Below, piece after piece: positions 1-9,111 of a DNA stretch of 64,000 bases (the first letter of the stretch is position 1; every line of letters begins with the position of its first letter). Below the pieces are notes generated by a model. The model saw only the letters and a program-made list of their open reading frames with translations, made no database searches and was not told where the DNA came from. The stretch is from a virus. Where the stretch lies: the IMG/VR virus record IMGVR_UViG_3300030451_003374, positions 32,001 to 96,000 of that record; one strand, written 5' to 3'. The position numbers were made by a program, and so were the translations under genes.

Positions 1-1175
1 TTCATACCAAACACTGATCTTACAGAACAGTTGAAGATATATGGAGATGATGATGCTACGGTATCACTTTCAATCGCAACAGTTGGAGCTAGACCTGACA
101 GGTTGGGAGTTGCTGTAGATGCTGGTGCAGTTGTTACACTATAAGTAAACAACGTATCACTCAATACCTGAGTAACAATATGAACACCATCATACTCTGT
201 ACCGTTGACGTTACCTGATCCGGCTACGCCTCTTATTATAACTGGAGTACCCACGTTATAATCATGTGGCTCAGCAGTTTGAACCGACACAACTGTGGTA
301 GCAGTGGATGATGATGGGTTTACACCTGAATATATGTCCTCAATCTCAATTGCACCTACCTGAGATAGTTCTCCAACGATTCTTGATTCGTCTGTTACCT
401 TCTCAAAGTCTGTATTACTAGGATATGATGGGATAGCACGACCAGAACTGTTACCAAATGCCAGTGTCAACTTAGCATAGTACATGTCTAGGTCAGTTAG
501 ACCCTTACCACTTATCTGATTCTTACCATCAGCAAACTCAAATGCAGTTAGTTTATGGTGTGAGAAATTTGGTTGATATACTGATGTTGTATAATCTTTG
601 AATATTCTATCTGCTGGATCTCCATCAAATATTGTAACTTCTCTGAAGTAACAACCACCAGTAACTCTGAAGATCGCACTATTTGCTATGTTGGTATTAG
701 CTGGGTCTGGTACAAACTTAGGTCTTACCTTAGTTTTTCTGAGATCCATACCAACGATGGATGTACCACGTGGCATGATGACACCACCATGTGCAGAGTT
801 GAATTGAAAGAGAACGTTCTGATCGCTCTGTACATCAAACTCTGTACCTATAGAGAATTCATTTATTGCCTGACTAGAACCATTGACATCAGTAACTGCT
901 CCCGCAGTATTGATCTGATAGCCTGGTCTATTGTCAATATAATGAATACCTGGTGCTACTACAATAGTAGTCTTATCAAACTTATCATTATCTTTACCTA
1001 ACTGATATGAAAATCTAGCAGACTCAAGTAATGCCCTCTGGATAGTTTTAAAGGGTCTAGTTCTAGAATTACCTGTGTTGCTTATATCATCAGTCGCATC
1101 TAATTCTTCAGGGTTAACGTATAAAACATTACCCTGTATATTTTTTAGAAAATTTTCAAGTCTACTTAACGGCAT
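1..1175 (-). CDS. Large virion structural / tail-fibre-like protein, N-terminal part (runs off the window edge)
   Basis: Hand translation from ATG at 1175: MPLSRLENFLKNIQGNVLYVNPEELDATDDISNTGNSRTRPFKTIQRALLESARFSY..., later GGVIMPRGTSIVGMDLRKTKVRPKFVPDP and NFSHHKLTAFEFADG; N-terminus typical of large cyanomyovirus fibre-like proteins; CTAAATA late-promoter motif at 1209-1215 upstream. Confidence 0.75.
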   Translation of the reverse strand, partial: MPLSRLENFLKNIQGNVLYVNPEELDATDDISNTGNSRTRPFKTIQRALLESARFSYQLGKDNDKFDKTTIVVAPGIHYIDNRPGYQINTAGAVTDVNGSSQAINEFSIGTEFDVQSDQNVLFQFNSAHGGVIMPRGTSIVGMDLRKTKVRPKFVPDPANTNIANSAIFRVTGGCYFREVTIFDGDPADRIFKDYTTSVYQPNFSHHKLTAFEFADGKNQISGKGLTDLDMYYAKLTLAFGNSSGRAIPSYPSNTDFEKVTDESRIVGELSQVGAIEIEDIYSGVNPSSSTATTVVSVQTAEPHDYNVGTPVIIRGVAGSGNVNGTEYDGVHIVTQVLSDTLFTYSVTTAPASTATPNLSGLAPTVAIESDTVASSSPYIFNCSVRSVFGM

Positions 1176-1211
1176 TACCTATAAATCCTGACACCAATTC
1201 CTTCAACCTAT

Positions 1212-1328
1212 TTAGCAGCCATCGTCGTTGAACTTTGTGTGTATCAGTACAATATAGTCCTCATCCTCTACATCTTCGGGTTCTTCTTCCAAAAGACGCT
1301 GATCGTAGATTTTCAAGTTGGAGTCCAT
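1212..1328 (-). CDS. Small acidic hypothetical protein (38 aa)
   Basis: MDSNLKIYDQRLLEEEPEDVEDEDYIVLIHTKFNDDGC; ATG overlaps the TAA of the upstream ORF (TAATG coupling); below the ORF-track length cutoff. Confidence 0.45.
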   Translation of the reverse strand: MDSNLKIYDQRLLEEEPEDVEDEDYIVLIHTKFNDDGC

Positions 1329-1672
1329 TACCGTCGTGGCAAACGTTGTAAGATAGGTGAAATATCTGATTCTACTCTCTGTACAATCTTCTCTAATATA
1401 TCCACATCAATGTTCATGAACGGTGGTATAATACCCAACATTCTTAGTAAACCATCAACAAAAAGTGCGAGTGTAGTGAAACCAAGTATCATACTAATGA
1501 TAGTGGCATCTCTGTTATGCTTACGCATTGACTCCTCGTCAATCCTTCTTGCTTCAGCAACTGCGTCGGCAATTAGTTGATTCACTTCTTGCTTTGTGTA
1601 GTATTGTGTCTCAAGATTGAGTTTCACAAACACATCTGAAGTTGGAATCTGACTGACTAATTTTTGTATCAT
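1328..1672 (-). CDS. Conserved cyanobacterial/cyanophage membrane protein
   Basis: 114 aa; YTKQEVNQLIADAVAEARRIDEESMRKHNRDATIISMILGF followed by a hydrophobic segment; resembles a picocyanobacterial hypothetical family. Confidence 0.65.
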   Translation of the reverse strand: MIQKLVSQIPTSDVFVKLNLETQYYTKQEVNQLIADAVAEARRIDEESMRKHNRDATIISMILGFTTLALFVDGLLRMLGIIPPFMNIDVDILEKIVQRVESDISPILQRLPRR

Positions 1673-1683
1673 TTATTTTGTCT

Positions 1684-1872
1684 TTAGGATATGTATAACA
1701 ATTCTATCTCCTCATCAATCTCCACTGCCTTTTTTGACATTTGATGTATTGTACAGAAGTGGTCAGCATCGTCACAATCAATTGTTTGCACCTGACCATC
1801 ACACCCATGGATCTTTACAGATGCCCTTGGGATGTTGATTTCGATTTTACTGACGTATTCTTCAATGTACAT
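1684..1872 (-). CDS. Hypothetical cyanophage protein
   Basis: 62 aa ORF filling the space between co-directional genes. Confidence 0.6.
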   Translation of the reverse strand: MYIEEYVSKIEINIPRASVKIHGCDGQVQTIDCDDADHFCTIHQMSKKAVEIDEEIELLYIS

Positions 1873-1919
1873 AAGAGATTTTGTAGTTCTCCCTAATATA
1901 ACGCAGAAGACTGCTTATG

Positions 1920-2201
1920 TCAATCTTCTATGGTTTCTCCGTCTTTGACGTTTGCCATAGCATTATACTGTCCTGCGATACCAGCACCTAGGTTGTTTTT
2001 GATTTGAACCTGTCTGCCATCATAAAGGATTGCTTCAATGTATAGTTCTTGCCATACACCGTATGGAGTTATTTGAACTACCATTGACTCTGGTTTGATC
2101 TTGTTTGCCCATGCATCAGGAAGACATATGAGTCCATCGGGTGGAATCTTACCTTTGCATCTAATAGTGGCTTTGCTCGGTGAATACTCTTCTGCTGCCA
2201 T
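1920..2201 (-). CDS. Stand-alone copy of a small beta-rich domain (paralog of the 2235-2987 C-terminus and of 59069-59775)
   Basis: Motif R.KG...DG.I.LP..W...I...S..V..TP.G..Q.LY; TATAAATA late promoter at 2225-2232. Confidence 0.7.
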   Translation of the reverse strand: MAAEEYSPSKATIRCKGKIPPDGLICLPDAWANKIKPESMVVQITPYGVWQELYIEAILYDGRQVQIKNNLGAGIAGQYNAMANVKDGETIED

Positions 2202-2224
2202 TTGCTGATATATTATTACTTCAG

Positions 2225-2232
2225 TATTTATA
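2225..2232 (-). promoter_or_regulatory. T4-type late promoter TATAAATA
   Basis: Exact T4 late consensus on the minus strand just upstream of 1920-2201; other (C/A)TAAATA copies at 1209, 11544, 17952, 22273, 27533, 30565, 54945 (minus) and 12500, 51893 (plus). Confidence 0.7.
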
Positions 2233-2234
2233 CG

Positions 2235-2987
2235 TTACCTAGAATACTTAGGATCGTCATACTTAGGATCTGGATAATCCTCCCAAGTTTCTCCTTGATA
2301 TTCTACCACGAGTGGATTGACGTCTTTTCTCTCAGCATATACGTGGTAAAAACAATCAGTGACACCTTCAAGTGTTATCTTACTATCATCCCATTCCTTT
2401 ACTATAATATCCTGTGTTGATCCAACTGGTTGTGTTTGAACCGTGATACTATCAATCACCACTAGGTCTTTCCAGTAGTCAGGTAACACAATCTCATTGT
2501 CCTGTGTTCTACCTCTGAAATATACACCAACCTCAGGTCCTTCAATACAAGCATATCTAAGTCTATGTCCTTCTCCCTTACTGGGATGTACCATATCAAA
2601 TGGTTTAGGTAAACTGTCAGCAGTTTTGTGTCTTGATTCTAATCTACCTTTAGATAAACAATCAACCGCACCAGTGACATAAACATCACCATCTATTACT
2701 AATGCATTGACACCTTGAGCACCACCACCATTACCAACTATACTTACGTCACCCTCTACATCCAATGCTCTACCCTTCATCTTGGGCTCAAATTTTTGAA
2801 GACCTATATCTGTACCTATGTTAATATGTCCAAACGCTATATCACTATGCTCTCCTAGAAACACAGGTCCTACTGCTGAAAGAGTTCCTACGTATGGTTT
2901 GTCACCATCAAGAGTCTCTACTGATTGATCAACATGTGGTTCAGGTCCTATTACGATTTTACCTGAGAAAATATCTGGTATATTCAT
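2235..2987 (-). CDS. Baseplate-hub-associated structural protein with C-terminal KPFDMVHP...EGPE...LPDYW domain
   Basis: 250 aa directly downstream of the gp5 pieces; short beta-repeat middle and the HP..RLRYACIEGPEVGVYFRG motif common at the C-termini of phage fibre/spike proteins. Confidence 0.6.
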   Translation of the reverse strand: MNIPDIFSGKIVIGPEPHVDQSVETLDGDKPYVGTLSAVGPVFLGEHSDIAFGHINIGTDIGLQKFEPKMKGRALDVEGDVSIVGNGGGAQGVNALVIDGDVYVTGAVDCLSKGRLESRHKTADSLPKPFDMVHPSKGEGHRLRYACIEGPEVGVYFRGRTQDNEIVLPDYWKDLVVIDSITVQTQPVGSTQDIIVKEWDDSKITLEGVTDCFYHVYAERKDVNPLVVEYQGETWEDYPDPKYDDPKYSR

Positions 2988-3529
2988 TTTTGTATTTTAC
3001 TAATGAATTCTTTGAGTGATGGTGGTATGATCTTAGAGTTAGATTCATGTACATGAACAAACCCTCCTTGCAATACATGTGCAGCATCTGATCTTGCTAT
3101 AAGATTCTGTGTTGCAATGACTTGCACGTTACTACCATTCAATTTAGCAGTTTTCTTTGCTTCTGCAAAGAAATCCTGATTTGCATTTAGTTTTATATTA
3201 CCTTCTTCAGCATCAGTTGCTTCCATAACTATCTTCGCAGCGTTCACGTTGAACTCACCACCACATTCAATATTGAAGTCTCCGTCTACCTTTATACAAA
3301 GAGGTCCTGATCCTGACTGTATAATGTTAGAACCAGGATTATCTACCTCTATACCTCTTTTGGATCTTATTTCCCAACCACCATCTCTGAATAAACGTAA
3401 GGTTGCATCCGATCCTGCCTTTAACTGGCAATCTGCTTTTCTCAGTACATCTTTATCTTCCCTACCGATCCTTAGAGAACCGTCATGGGGATGATTTATT
3501 ATAATTGGTGGTACTTTATTCTCTGACAT
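2984..3529 (-). CDS. gp5 C-terminal beta-helix-like spike protein (separate gene)
   Basis: 181 aa of short alternating beta repeats (IKVDGDFNIECGGEFNVNAAKIVMEA); translationally coupled to gp5. Confidence 0.55.
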   Translation of the reverse strand: MSENKVPPIIINHPHDGSLRIGREDKDVLRKADCQLKAGSDATLRLFRDGGWEIRSKRGIEVDNPGSNIIQSGSGPLCIKVDGDFNIECGGEFNVNAAKIVMEATDAEEGNIKLNANQDFFAEAKKTAKLNGSNVQVIATQNLIARSDAAHVLQGGFVHVHESNSKIIPPSLKEFISKIQK

Positions 3530-5520
3530 TATGCACCTCTAGGGCAATCCACTACAGTAAGGACGCTTGTGCTTGGTATGCTTGGTGATGCATATTCTTT
3601 GACTGGTACAAATTTTGTTCTAGGTCTTAGAACTGCACCATAACCAGTAGAACTGTTCACAGCAAGACCAGATAAACCACCACCCATTGGGCAAGATCCT
3701 TTTAGTCCTACTATTCTACCATTGATTACCTCAGGTGTCATCACACAACCATCTGATGTTGATACTGTGTCGGTTGGTTGGTATCCTGTGCCTGTGCTGA
3801 CAATATCTGCACCTTCAATTACACCAACTACTTCTTCTCCTGCACTACCAGATCCAAGATAACCATCACCTGTCTCTATCATGATGACCTCTACAACCTT
3901 TTCATCCTCTATAACTGCTATACCAGTAGCACCCCTACCATTCTCACAATTGTCTATAAAAGATACATATGGAGTCTCAGTATATCCAAATCCAAGATCT
4001 TTCATGTCTACACCCACAACTTGTCCTATTTCATTGACAACTGCCTGACCAAATGCTCCGAAACCACCTCCACCAAAGAACTGCACACTAGGTGGTTGGC
4101 ATGTCTCAGGGTCATATGGATTACAAGGACCTGCTAATTTCTCCATCTCACTCATAGGTCCTGGATCTCCAGTCATACCAGGAAAAATATTGTCCATCAT
4201 ACCATCAATACCCTTACCAGTCTTATTCATAAGGTTTGTCATCCCAATCATCTTAGCAAAGTCCATATCTTTCTTGCCTGTCTGTCCTTTGTTCAACTCA
4301 ACATCTAAGTCTAACTTACACTCAGAATCTTCACAAGCAAGAAGTTTCATAAGACCTTGAATAGCACCTATTGCTTTACTCAACATTCCTCCGAAATTGG
4401 GTAAAGAAATACTTGGTATAAGACCTTTGATACCAGCCATCAATGGAGCGATTGCTTTCTGTATATCATCTGTTATCTTACCTAAGATACCTGATAGGAA
4501 AGACTCAATAGCACATAAAGGAAAGTTCAACAACTTACCAATCAAACTCTTTATTGCTTTAGTAATAAGATTTTTCAATCCTTTCATTATATTTTGCAGT
4601 AAACAATAGATACCGTCCTTTGCTTTTTCTATACCTATTTGTTTTGCTAAGAAGTTAGGGTCAAGAAAATCCATTGCACCACTTACCGCTTCGTCAATGT
4701 TATTGAATAACTTAGTTCTAGTATTTGCTATGACATTGGATAGACTTCCTGCCATTTTCTTGGCAGCATAATCCACTAATTTGTCTACATTTACCACAGT
4801 ATTCAATACTGGATCTATGTACCCTGCTTTAGTCTTCTCTAATTTCTGTAGAACCTTCATCAAATCACCAAGTGCTCCACCCATATTCTTCAATGCCTTG
4901 GATGGTGTGCTACACTCTGATGCTTTGGTTAGTTTTACTACTTTATTGTTCTCTATCTTACCAATGGTGTCAACCTTCTTACCACTGGATGCTAAAATCT
5001 GATCATTATTGTCAACAATTGTGCCACCTTCAAATGTAGAATCTCCTCCACCAACCTTCGTAGTTACTCCCAAACCCCCTGTTATGAAGGGGTCAACCGA
5101 GATTGGGGAAAATCCTGATGAAGCAGCAATTTCTACCTCTTTCCAGTCAATGAGGTTCTTCATATTCTTATGCTGTGCTAGAGAACCGAATATGACTGGT
5201 TGCTGTGCCTCTATACCATCAAGGAAGAATCCAAAAACTGTCTCGCCACCTTGGAGAAAATTACTGAAACCAAAGTGATTGATACCTGATCCAAACGTGG
5301 GTGGCAATAAGAAATGTGCCCACGGTAATTCATCATCCGGTATGTCATTAGTTGATGGATGCTTCCCTATTATTCTTACTTTTGCTCTATATCCGTAATC
5401 GTTTGTTTCTTTATTTTCTTCATTTCTCCACGCAGAGTCTATTACTACTTGTCCAATGAACCAGTAGAACCCATCTTGTCCAAGATGTTGCGTTTTTATA
5501 GACTCTTGTTCAAGTACCAT
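3529..5520 (-). CDS. gp5: Baseplate hub subunit gp5 (N-terminal OB fold; no T4 lysozyme domain recognised)
   Basis: GQDGFYWFIGQV..YRAKVRIIGKHP..IPDDELPWAH..GETVFGFFLDGIEAQQPVIFG is the gp5 N-terminal signature. Confidence 0.85.
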   Translation of the reverse strand: MVLEQESIKTQHLGQDGFYWFIGQVVIDSAWRNEENKETNDYGYRAKVRIIGKHPSTNDIPDDELPWAHFLLPPTFGSGINHFGFSNFLQGGETVFGFFLDGIEAQQPVIFGSLAQHKNMKNLIDWKEVEIAASSGFSPISVDPFITGGLGVTTKVGGGDSTFEGGTIVDNNDQILASSGKKVDTIGKIENNKVVKLTKASECSTPSKALKNMGGALGDLMKVLQKLEKTKAGYIDPVLNTVVNVDKLVDYAAKKMAGSLSNVIANTRTKLFNNIDEAVSGAMDFLDPNFLAKQIGIEKAKDGIYCLLQNIMKGLKNLITKAIKSLIGKLLNFPLCAIESFLSGILGKITDDIQKAIAPLMAGIKGLIPSISLPNFGGMLSKAIGAIQGLMKLLACEDSECKLDLDVELNKGQTGKKDMDFAKMIGMTNLMNKTGKGIDGMMDNIFPGMTGDPGPMSEMEKLAGPCNPYDPETCQPPSVQFFGGGGFGAFGQAVVNEIGQVVGVDMKDLGFGYTETPYVSFIDNCENGRGATGIAVIEDEKVVEVIMIETGDGYLGSGSAGEEVVGVIEGADIVSTGTGYQPTDTVSTSDGCVMTPEVINGRIVGLKGSCPMGGGLSGLAVNSSTGYGAVLRPRTKFVPVKEYASPSIPSTSVLTVVDCPRGA

Positions 5521-5747
5521 TAGTCGTCATATACTAGACACTCTGGTTCGTCAGGGTGAACATCACAAAATACCTCTAATACATTAGGGTCGTGGTGATC
5601 TCCCGCTTCGATTTCATCTTTATGATGCTCGACATATTCCTCCAAATCATGCAACTCATCTTCAATATGATGACGCATTGGTTCAGAAGTTTTAGGATTT
5701 GCTAGGATTTCTTTATCCTTTGCAATGTGATCTTCAATAGATTTCAT
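5520..5747 (-). CDS. cp12: CP12 Calvin-cycle inhibitor (phage type)
   Basis: C-terminal LEVFCDVHPDEPECLVYDD (C-x8-C), acidic 75-aa protein. Confidence 0.9.
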   Translation of the reverse strand: MKSIEDHIAKDKEILANPKTSEPMRHHIEDELHDLEEYVEHHKDEIEAGDHHDPNVLEVFCDVHPDEPECLVYDD

Positions 5748-7030
5748 TATTCCTCGTATGGTAGATAGTGTTCTCTAACAAGTGTAAGTCCTGTAAAATC
5801 TCCTCTAGGATTACCAAACTCATGTGATAGTCTTGCGATAAGATATTTACCAGAACTTGGTGTGACGCCAGCAGTGGTGCCTTCGCCAGTATTTAGGTCG
5901 GGAAATTTGAAGTTTAGTGTCATACCAACTTCAAGATTCAAGTTCATGGGAATGGTGACATCAAGCATTTGAGAGTATAGTAATTGATACTGTGAAGCAG
6001 CATGTGCTTGTCTCCAAGTCACTTTCGTAGCAAGTTCTGCTAACTCATTGTCTTTTGCAGTCGTTGACCCAAGATCAAGAACACTTAGTATACGACGAGA
6101 TACCTGTTCATCAGCTGAACTAGCAACCTCACCGTCTGTTTCCGACTTATGAATGTAGAAATTTACATTTCTATCCATTATATTATACACCATATTAGAA
6201 GTTTGGTATTGACCCGCCCTAAGTTTTTTGATGAGATCTTGACTTTCTCTAAATTTTGGTGTTGAAGCAAGTGTGAATGGATTAGTATTCATTGCATCTT
6301 TAGCTCCAACCTTTTCATAGACTGGGAAGTCAGATTCTTTTTCCATCATCTCCCGTATAGACCTAAAATTATATCCAGTTTTTTGAGTCTCAAAGAACAT
6401 AAAACCACATAAACCTTTCTCAGGTGATTCTTCTTCAGCCTTAGGTGTTACTGATTTTGTTGCTAGTCTATTGATAAGGTTGATAGGTCTTGTATAATTT
6501 CCACAAAAATCATATGTATTTGAAGTTGGCTTTACAACCTGTCTAGACGGATCAGCACCTAATATTGATGTAAGTATCGTCCCTACTGTCTTGGATATTG
6601 CACCTTTGTACTTATTAGATACTCTTGTTGTATGATTACTCAGAGTTGTTGGAGTAATGCACGTCAAAGTGTACATTTGTCTCTTGTCTTGATGAGTTCC
6701 GTTATCAATATTGACTATGATTAGATTATTTTTCTTTGCCTGACTAAATTCAAAAATCTCCTCGTTTTCTAAACTTGCATGTCTGAATGACAATTCAACT
6801 GACATTCCAGTCCTTATAGGTAACTTATCTAAAAGACCATTAGTATCCACACAAGTTATCTTTACTATTAGAGTATTACCAAAACCCTCATAATACTTAC
6901 AGAATAACATCTGTCCCATCAGAGATTGAGCTACATTAGTCTCCTCAGGCACCTTAATATCTCCAGCCACATCAAACTTTATCAGTTTGTGACTTCTTGT
7001 CCATAAACCAGCAGTTACTTCTTCTGACAT
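5747..7030 (-). CDS. Putative baseplate hub protein (gp27/GpD-like)
   Basis: 427 aa in the hub cluster; C-terminal LEVGMTLNF..SGKYLIARLSHEF..TGLTLVRE pattern. Confidence 0.5.
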   Translation of the reverse strand: MSEEVTAGLWTRSHKLIKFDVAGDIKVPEETNVAQSLMGQMLFCKYYEGFGNTLIVKITCVDTNGLLDKLPIRTGMSVELSFRHASLENEEIFEFSQAKKNNLIIVNIDNGTHQDKRQMYTLTCITPTTLSNHTTRVSNKYKGAISKTVGTILTSILGADPSRQVVKPTSNTYDFCGNYTRPINLINRLATKSVTPKAEEESPEKGLCGFMFFETQKTGYNFRSIREMMEKESDFPVYEKVGAKDAMNTNPFTLASTPKFRESQDLIKKLRAGQYQTSNMVYNIMDRNVNFYIHKSETDGEVASSADEQVSRRILSVLDLGSTTAKDNELAELATKVTWRQAHAASQYQLLYSQMLDVTIPMNLNLEVGMTLNFKFPDLNTGEGTTAGVTPSSGKYLIARLSHEFGNPRGDFTGLTLVREHYLPYEE

Positions 7031-9111
7031 TATACTGACATATACCCGTTTATCTCCATCATATTTATTGAGGAACCTCCACCAAACATTGCTATAGTAT
7101 TACTATTATCAATTGAGACATTAGTTGTTTGATTACCTTCTTGAAGTACATTGAAACTCGTATTTACTGGATTGCTCTTTTCATAGAATTTCTTTATCCT
7201 TTTGAATTGTGGACTATTGAAATACTTTTGGATGTCGAAATCACTTTTCGAGAACGGGAATTTCTTTTTAGGCACGACCTTACCCTTAGGATAGGGGATT
7301 TGAAGATCTGTAGGACCTAAGTTGAAGAAGTCAATTATCTCAGTATCTACCTTGAACTTGGGGTCAGCTGCTCTCCTTTCTAAGAAATTTCTATATGACC
7401 TATAAAGTGTCATCTCTGCATCAGTCATTGGATCACCAGTTACTATCTTTCTAAGCATATTACTTTGCATCAACTCAAATCTAGAATACTCAATATCAGT
7501 TTTATTGATTATTTCCTCACCTTGTCTCATTTGTTCTATTTCTTGTAATGAAATCTGTGTAACTTTATTCCTATATCTTTCAATTTGACTTGATATTCTT
7601 CTTTGAGATTTGAAGTAAGCATTGGTCAATTCTTTATTATTTTTGAACTTAGCTGCTTCTGTTGACATCTCTTTGGAGAACTTCATCAAATTTCTTATGG
7701 CTTTATCATATATGTCAACCTTATCTACTAAAAATTTCTTACTTCTAACCTGTCTTACTATTCTTCTATTGTCATCCAGTACCTTATTAGTCTTGTAGTT
7801 TATTCTACGAATTTGTCTTCTAACTTCTATAGTTCTAGTTACATTTTTGTTGATAAACTGAGGTTTGACAAAGAATGGTATATTATTTGGTTTTACAATG
7901 CTACCACTACTTGTATTTGGTATTGCAATTTTACTACTACCAAGATTTGGAAATGGATTAGCAGTGCTACCAGGAGTAACATTGATCATTTTCTTTGGTA
8001 TAAACCCCTTTCCGAATCCCTTTGCTCTACCTCTCAATAATATGAACAGTGCAATATTGACAGGATCTGTAAATGAATCTACAAAATCTCTTCCAGTTTG
8101 TAATATACTTTCTTTTAGTATCTCTCCGTAAGGAATTCTTTTTAGGATATACAAATCCCTTTGAAGCGTCTCCTTAAGATTTCTTGGTTTTTGATTGGGA
8201 TTTGCTACGTCAAATTCAACTTCATTAGAAGTATCTCCACTAACTGTATCTGATAAAGGTCGTTTTGGTCTAGCAAACCTATTGATAAAACCACCTAAAC
8301 CACCTTGTCTTGCTGGAATAACAAAATCACTATCTCTTGTTCTTGTGCGATCAAAGTCATCCTGTCTAAGTTTCTCAAATTTATCAAGGACTACATCAAA
8401 CTTGTCAAGTGCTGATCCAAAAAGTGTAGATCCTTTTTGCAAATCAACTTTCTTCAGTTCTAATTTCCTTCTAGTCTCCTCATTTGCACCTGTTATAGAG
8501 TCAGCAATGTTACCACCTGACGTAGCACCAATAAAAGAACCTAAAAGACCACCTAACGCACCACCAACAACCGTTCCAGCACCTGGTACAATAAAAGATC
8601 CTATGAGTGCACCTAACTTTGCACCCGCAGCTCCACCAGCAATTGCACCACCTGTTGTGGCAACAGCACCAGTCCCTGCCTGTACATTAGTTTGACCTGA
8701 TGCCTTCCTATCTAAAAAATCATATCCAGTAAATGCTACTGTCAGAAGTGAATTTAGCTTTGATCCATTTCTTAAGATATTTGTATTGACTCTTCCACCA
8801 CTTGATATAGTTGGTTTAGTTCTGAATATCTTGAACCTTCTTGTACCACCCCCTGTAGTTGGACTAGGTTTTCTAGGTCTAAACCTTCTTATAACACCAA
8901 TACCAGCACCACCACCAGCTAATCCAAGTAAAGCATTAGCTCCTGTTTGTCTTCTTTGCTGTTGCCTATCAGCCCTATCCTTGAACGCTTTGTTTAGTTC
9001 TTCTCTATCTTTTTGAAGTCTAGATTTTATCTTTAAATTTCTAAGACTGAGTAGTGACTCTCTTTCACTACCTATTTGCATCAACTTGGTTGTTGCTGTA
9101 AAATTACTCAT
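7030..9111 (-). CDS. Tape-measure-like / hub-associated protein
   Basis: 693 aa; N-terminal coiled coil plus Gly/Ala-rich hydrophobic stretch (GGAIAGGAAGAKLGALIGS); basic C-terminal half. Confidence 0.5.
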   Translation of the reverse strand: MSNFTATTKLMQIGSERESLLSLRNLKIKSRLQKDREELNKAFKDRADRQQQRRQTGANALLGLAGGGAGIGVIRRFRPRKPSPTTGGGTRRFKIFRTKPTISSGGRVNTNILRNGSKLNSLLTVAFTGYDFLDRKASGQTNVQAGTGAVATTGGAIAGGAAGAKLGALIGSFIVPGAGTVVGGALGGLLGSFIGATSGGNIADSITGANEETRRKLELKKVDLQKGSTLFGSALDKFDVVLDKFEKLRQDDFDRTRTRDSDFVIPARQGGLGGFINRFARPKRPLSDTVSGDTSNEVEFDVANPNQKPRNLKETLQRDLYILKRIPYGEILKESILQTGRDFVDSFTDPVNIALFILLRGRAKGFGKGFIPKKMINVTPGSTANPFPNLGSSKIAIPNTSSGSIVKPNNIPFFVKPQFINKNVTRTIEVRRQIRRINYKTNKVLDDNRRIVRQVRSKKFLVDKVDIYDKAIRNLMKFSKEMSTEAAKFKNNKELTNAYFKSQRRISSQIERYRNKVTQISLQEIEQMRQGEEIINKTDIEYSRFELMQSNMLRKIVTGDPMTDAEMTLYRSYRNFLERRAADPKFKVDTEIIDFFNLGPTDLQIPYPKGKVVPKKKFPFSKSDFDIQKYFNSPQFKRIKKFYEKSNPVNTSFNVLQEGNQTTNVSIDNSNTIAMFGGGSSINMMEINGYMSV

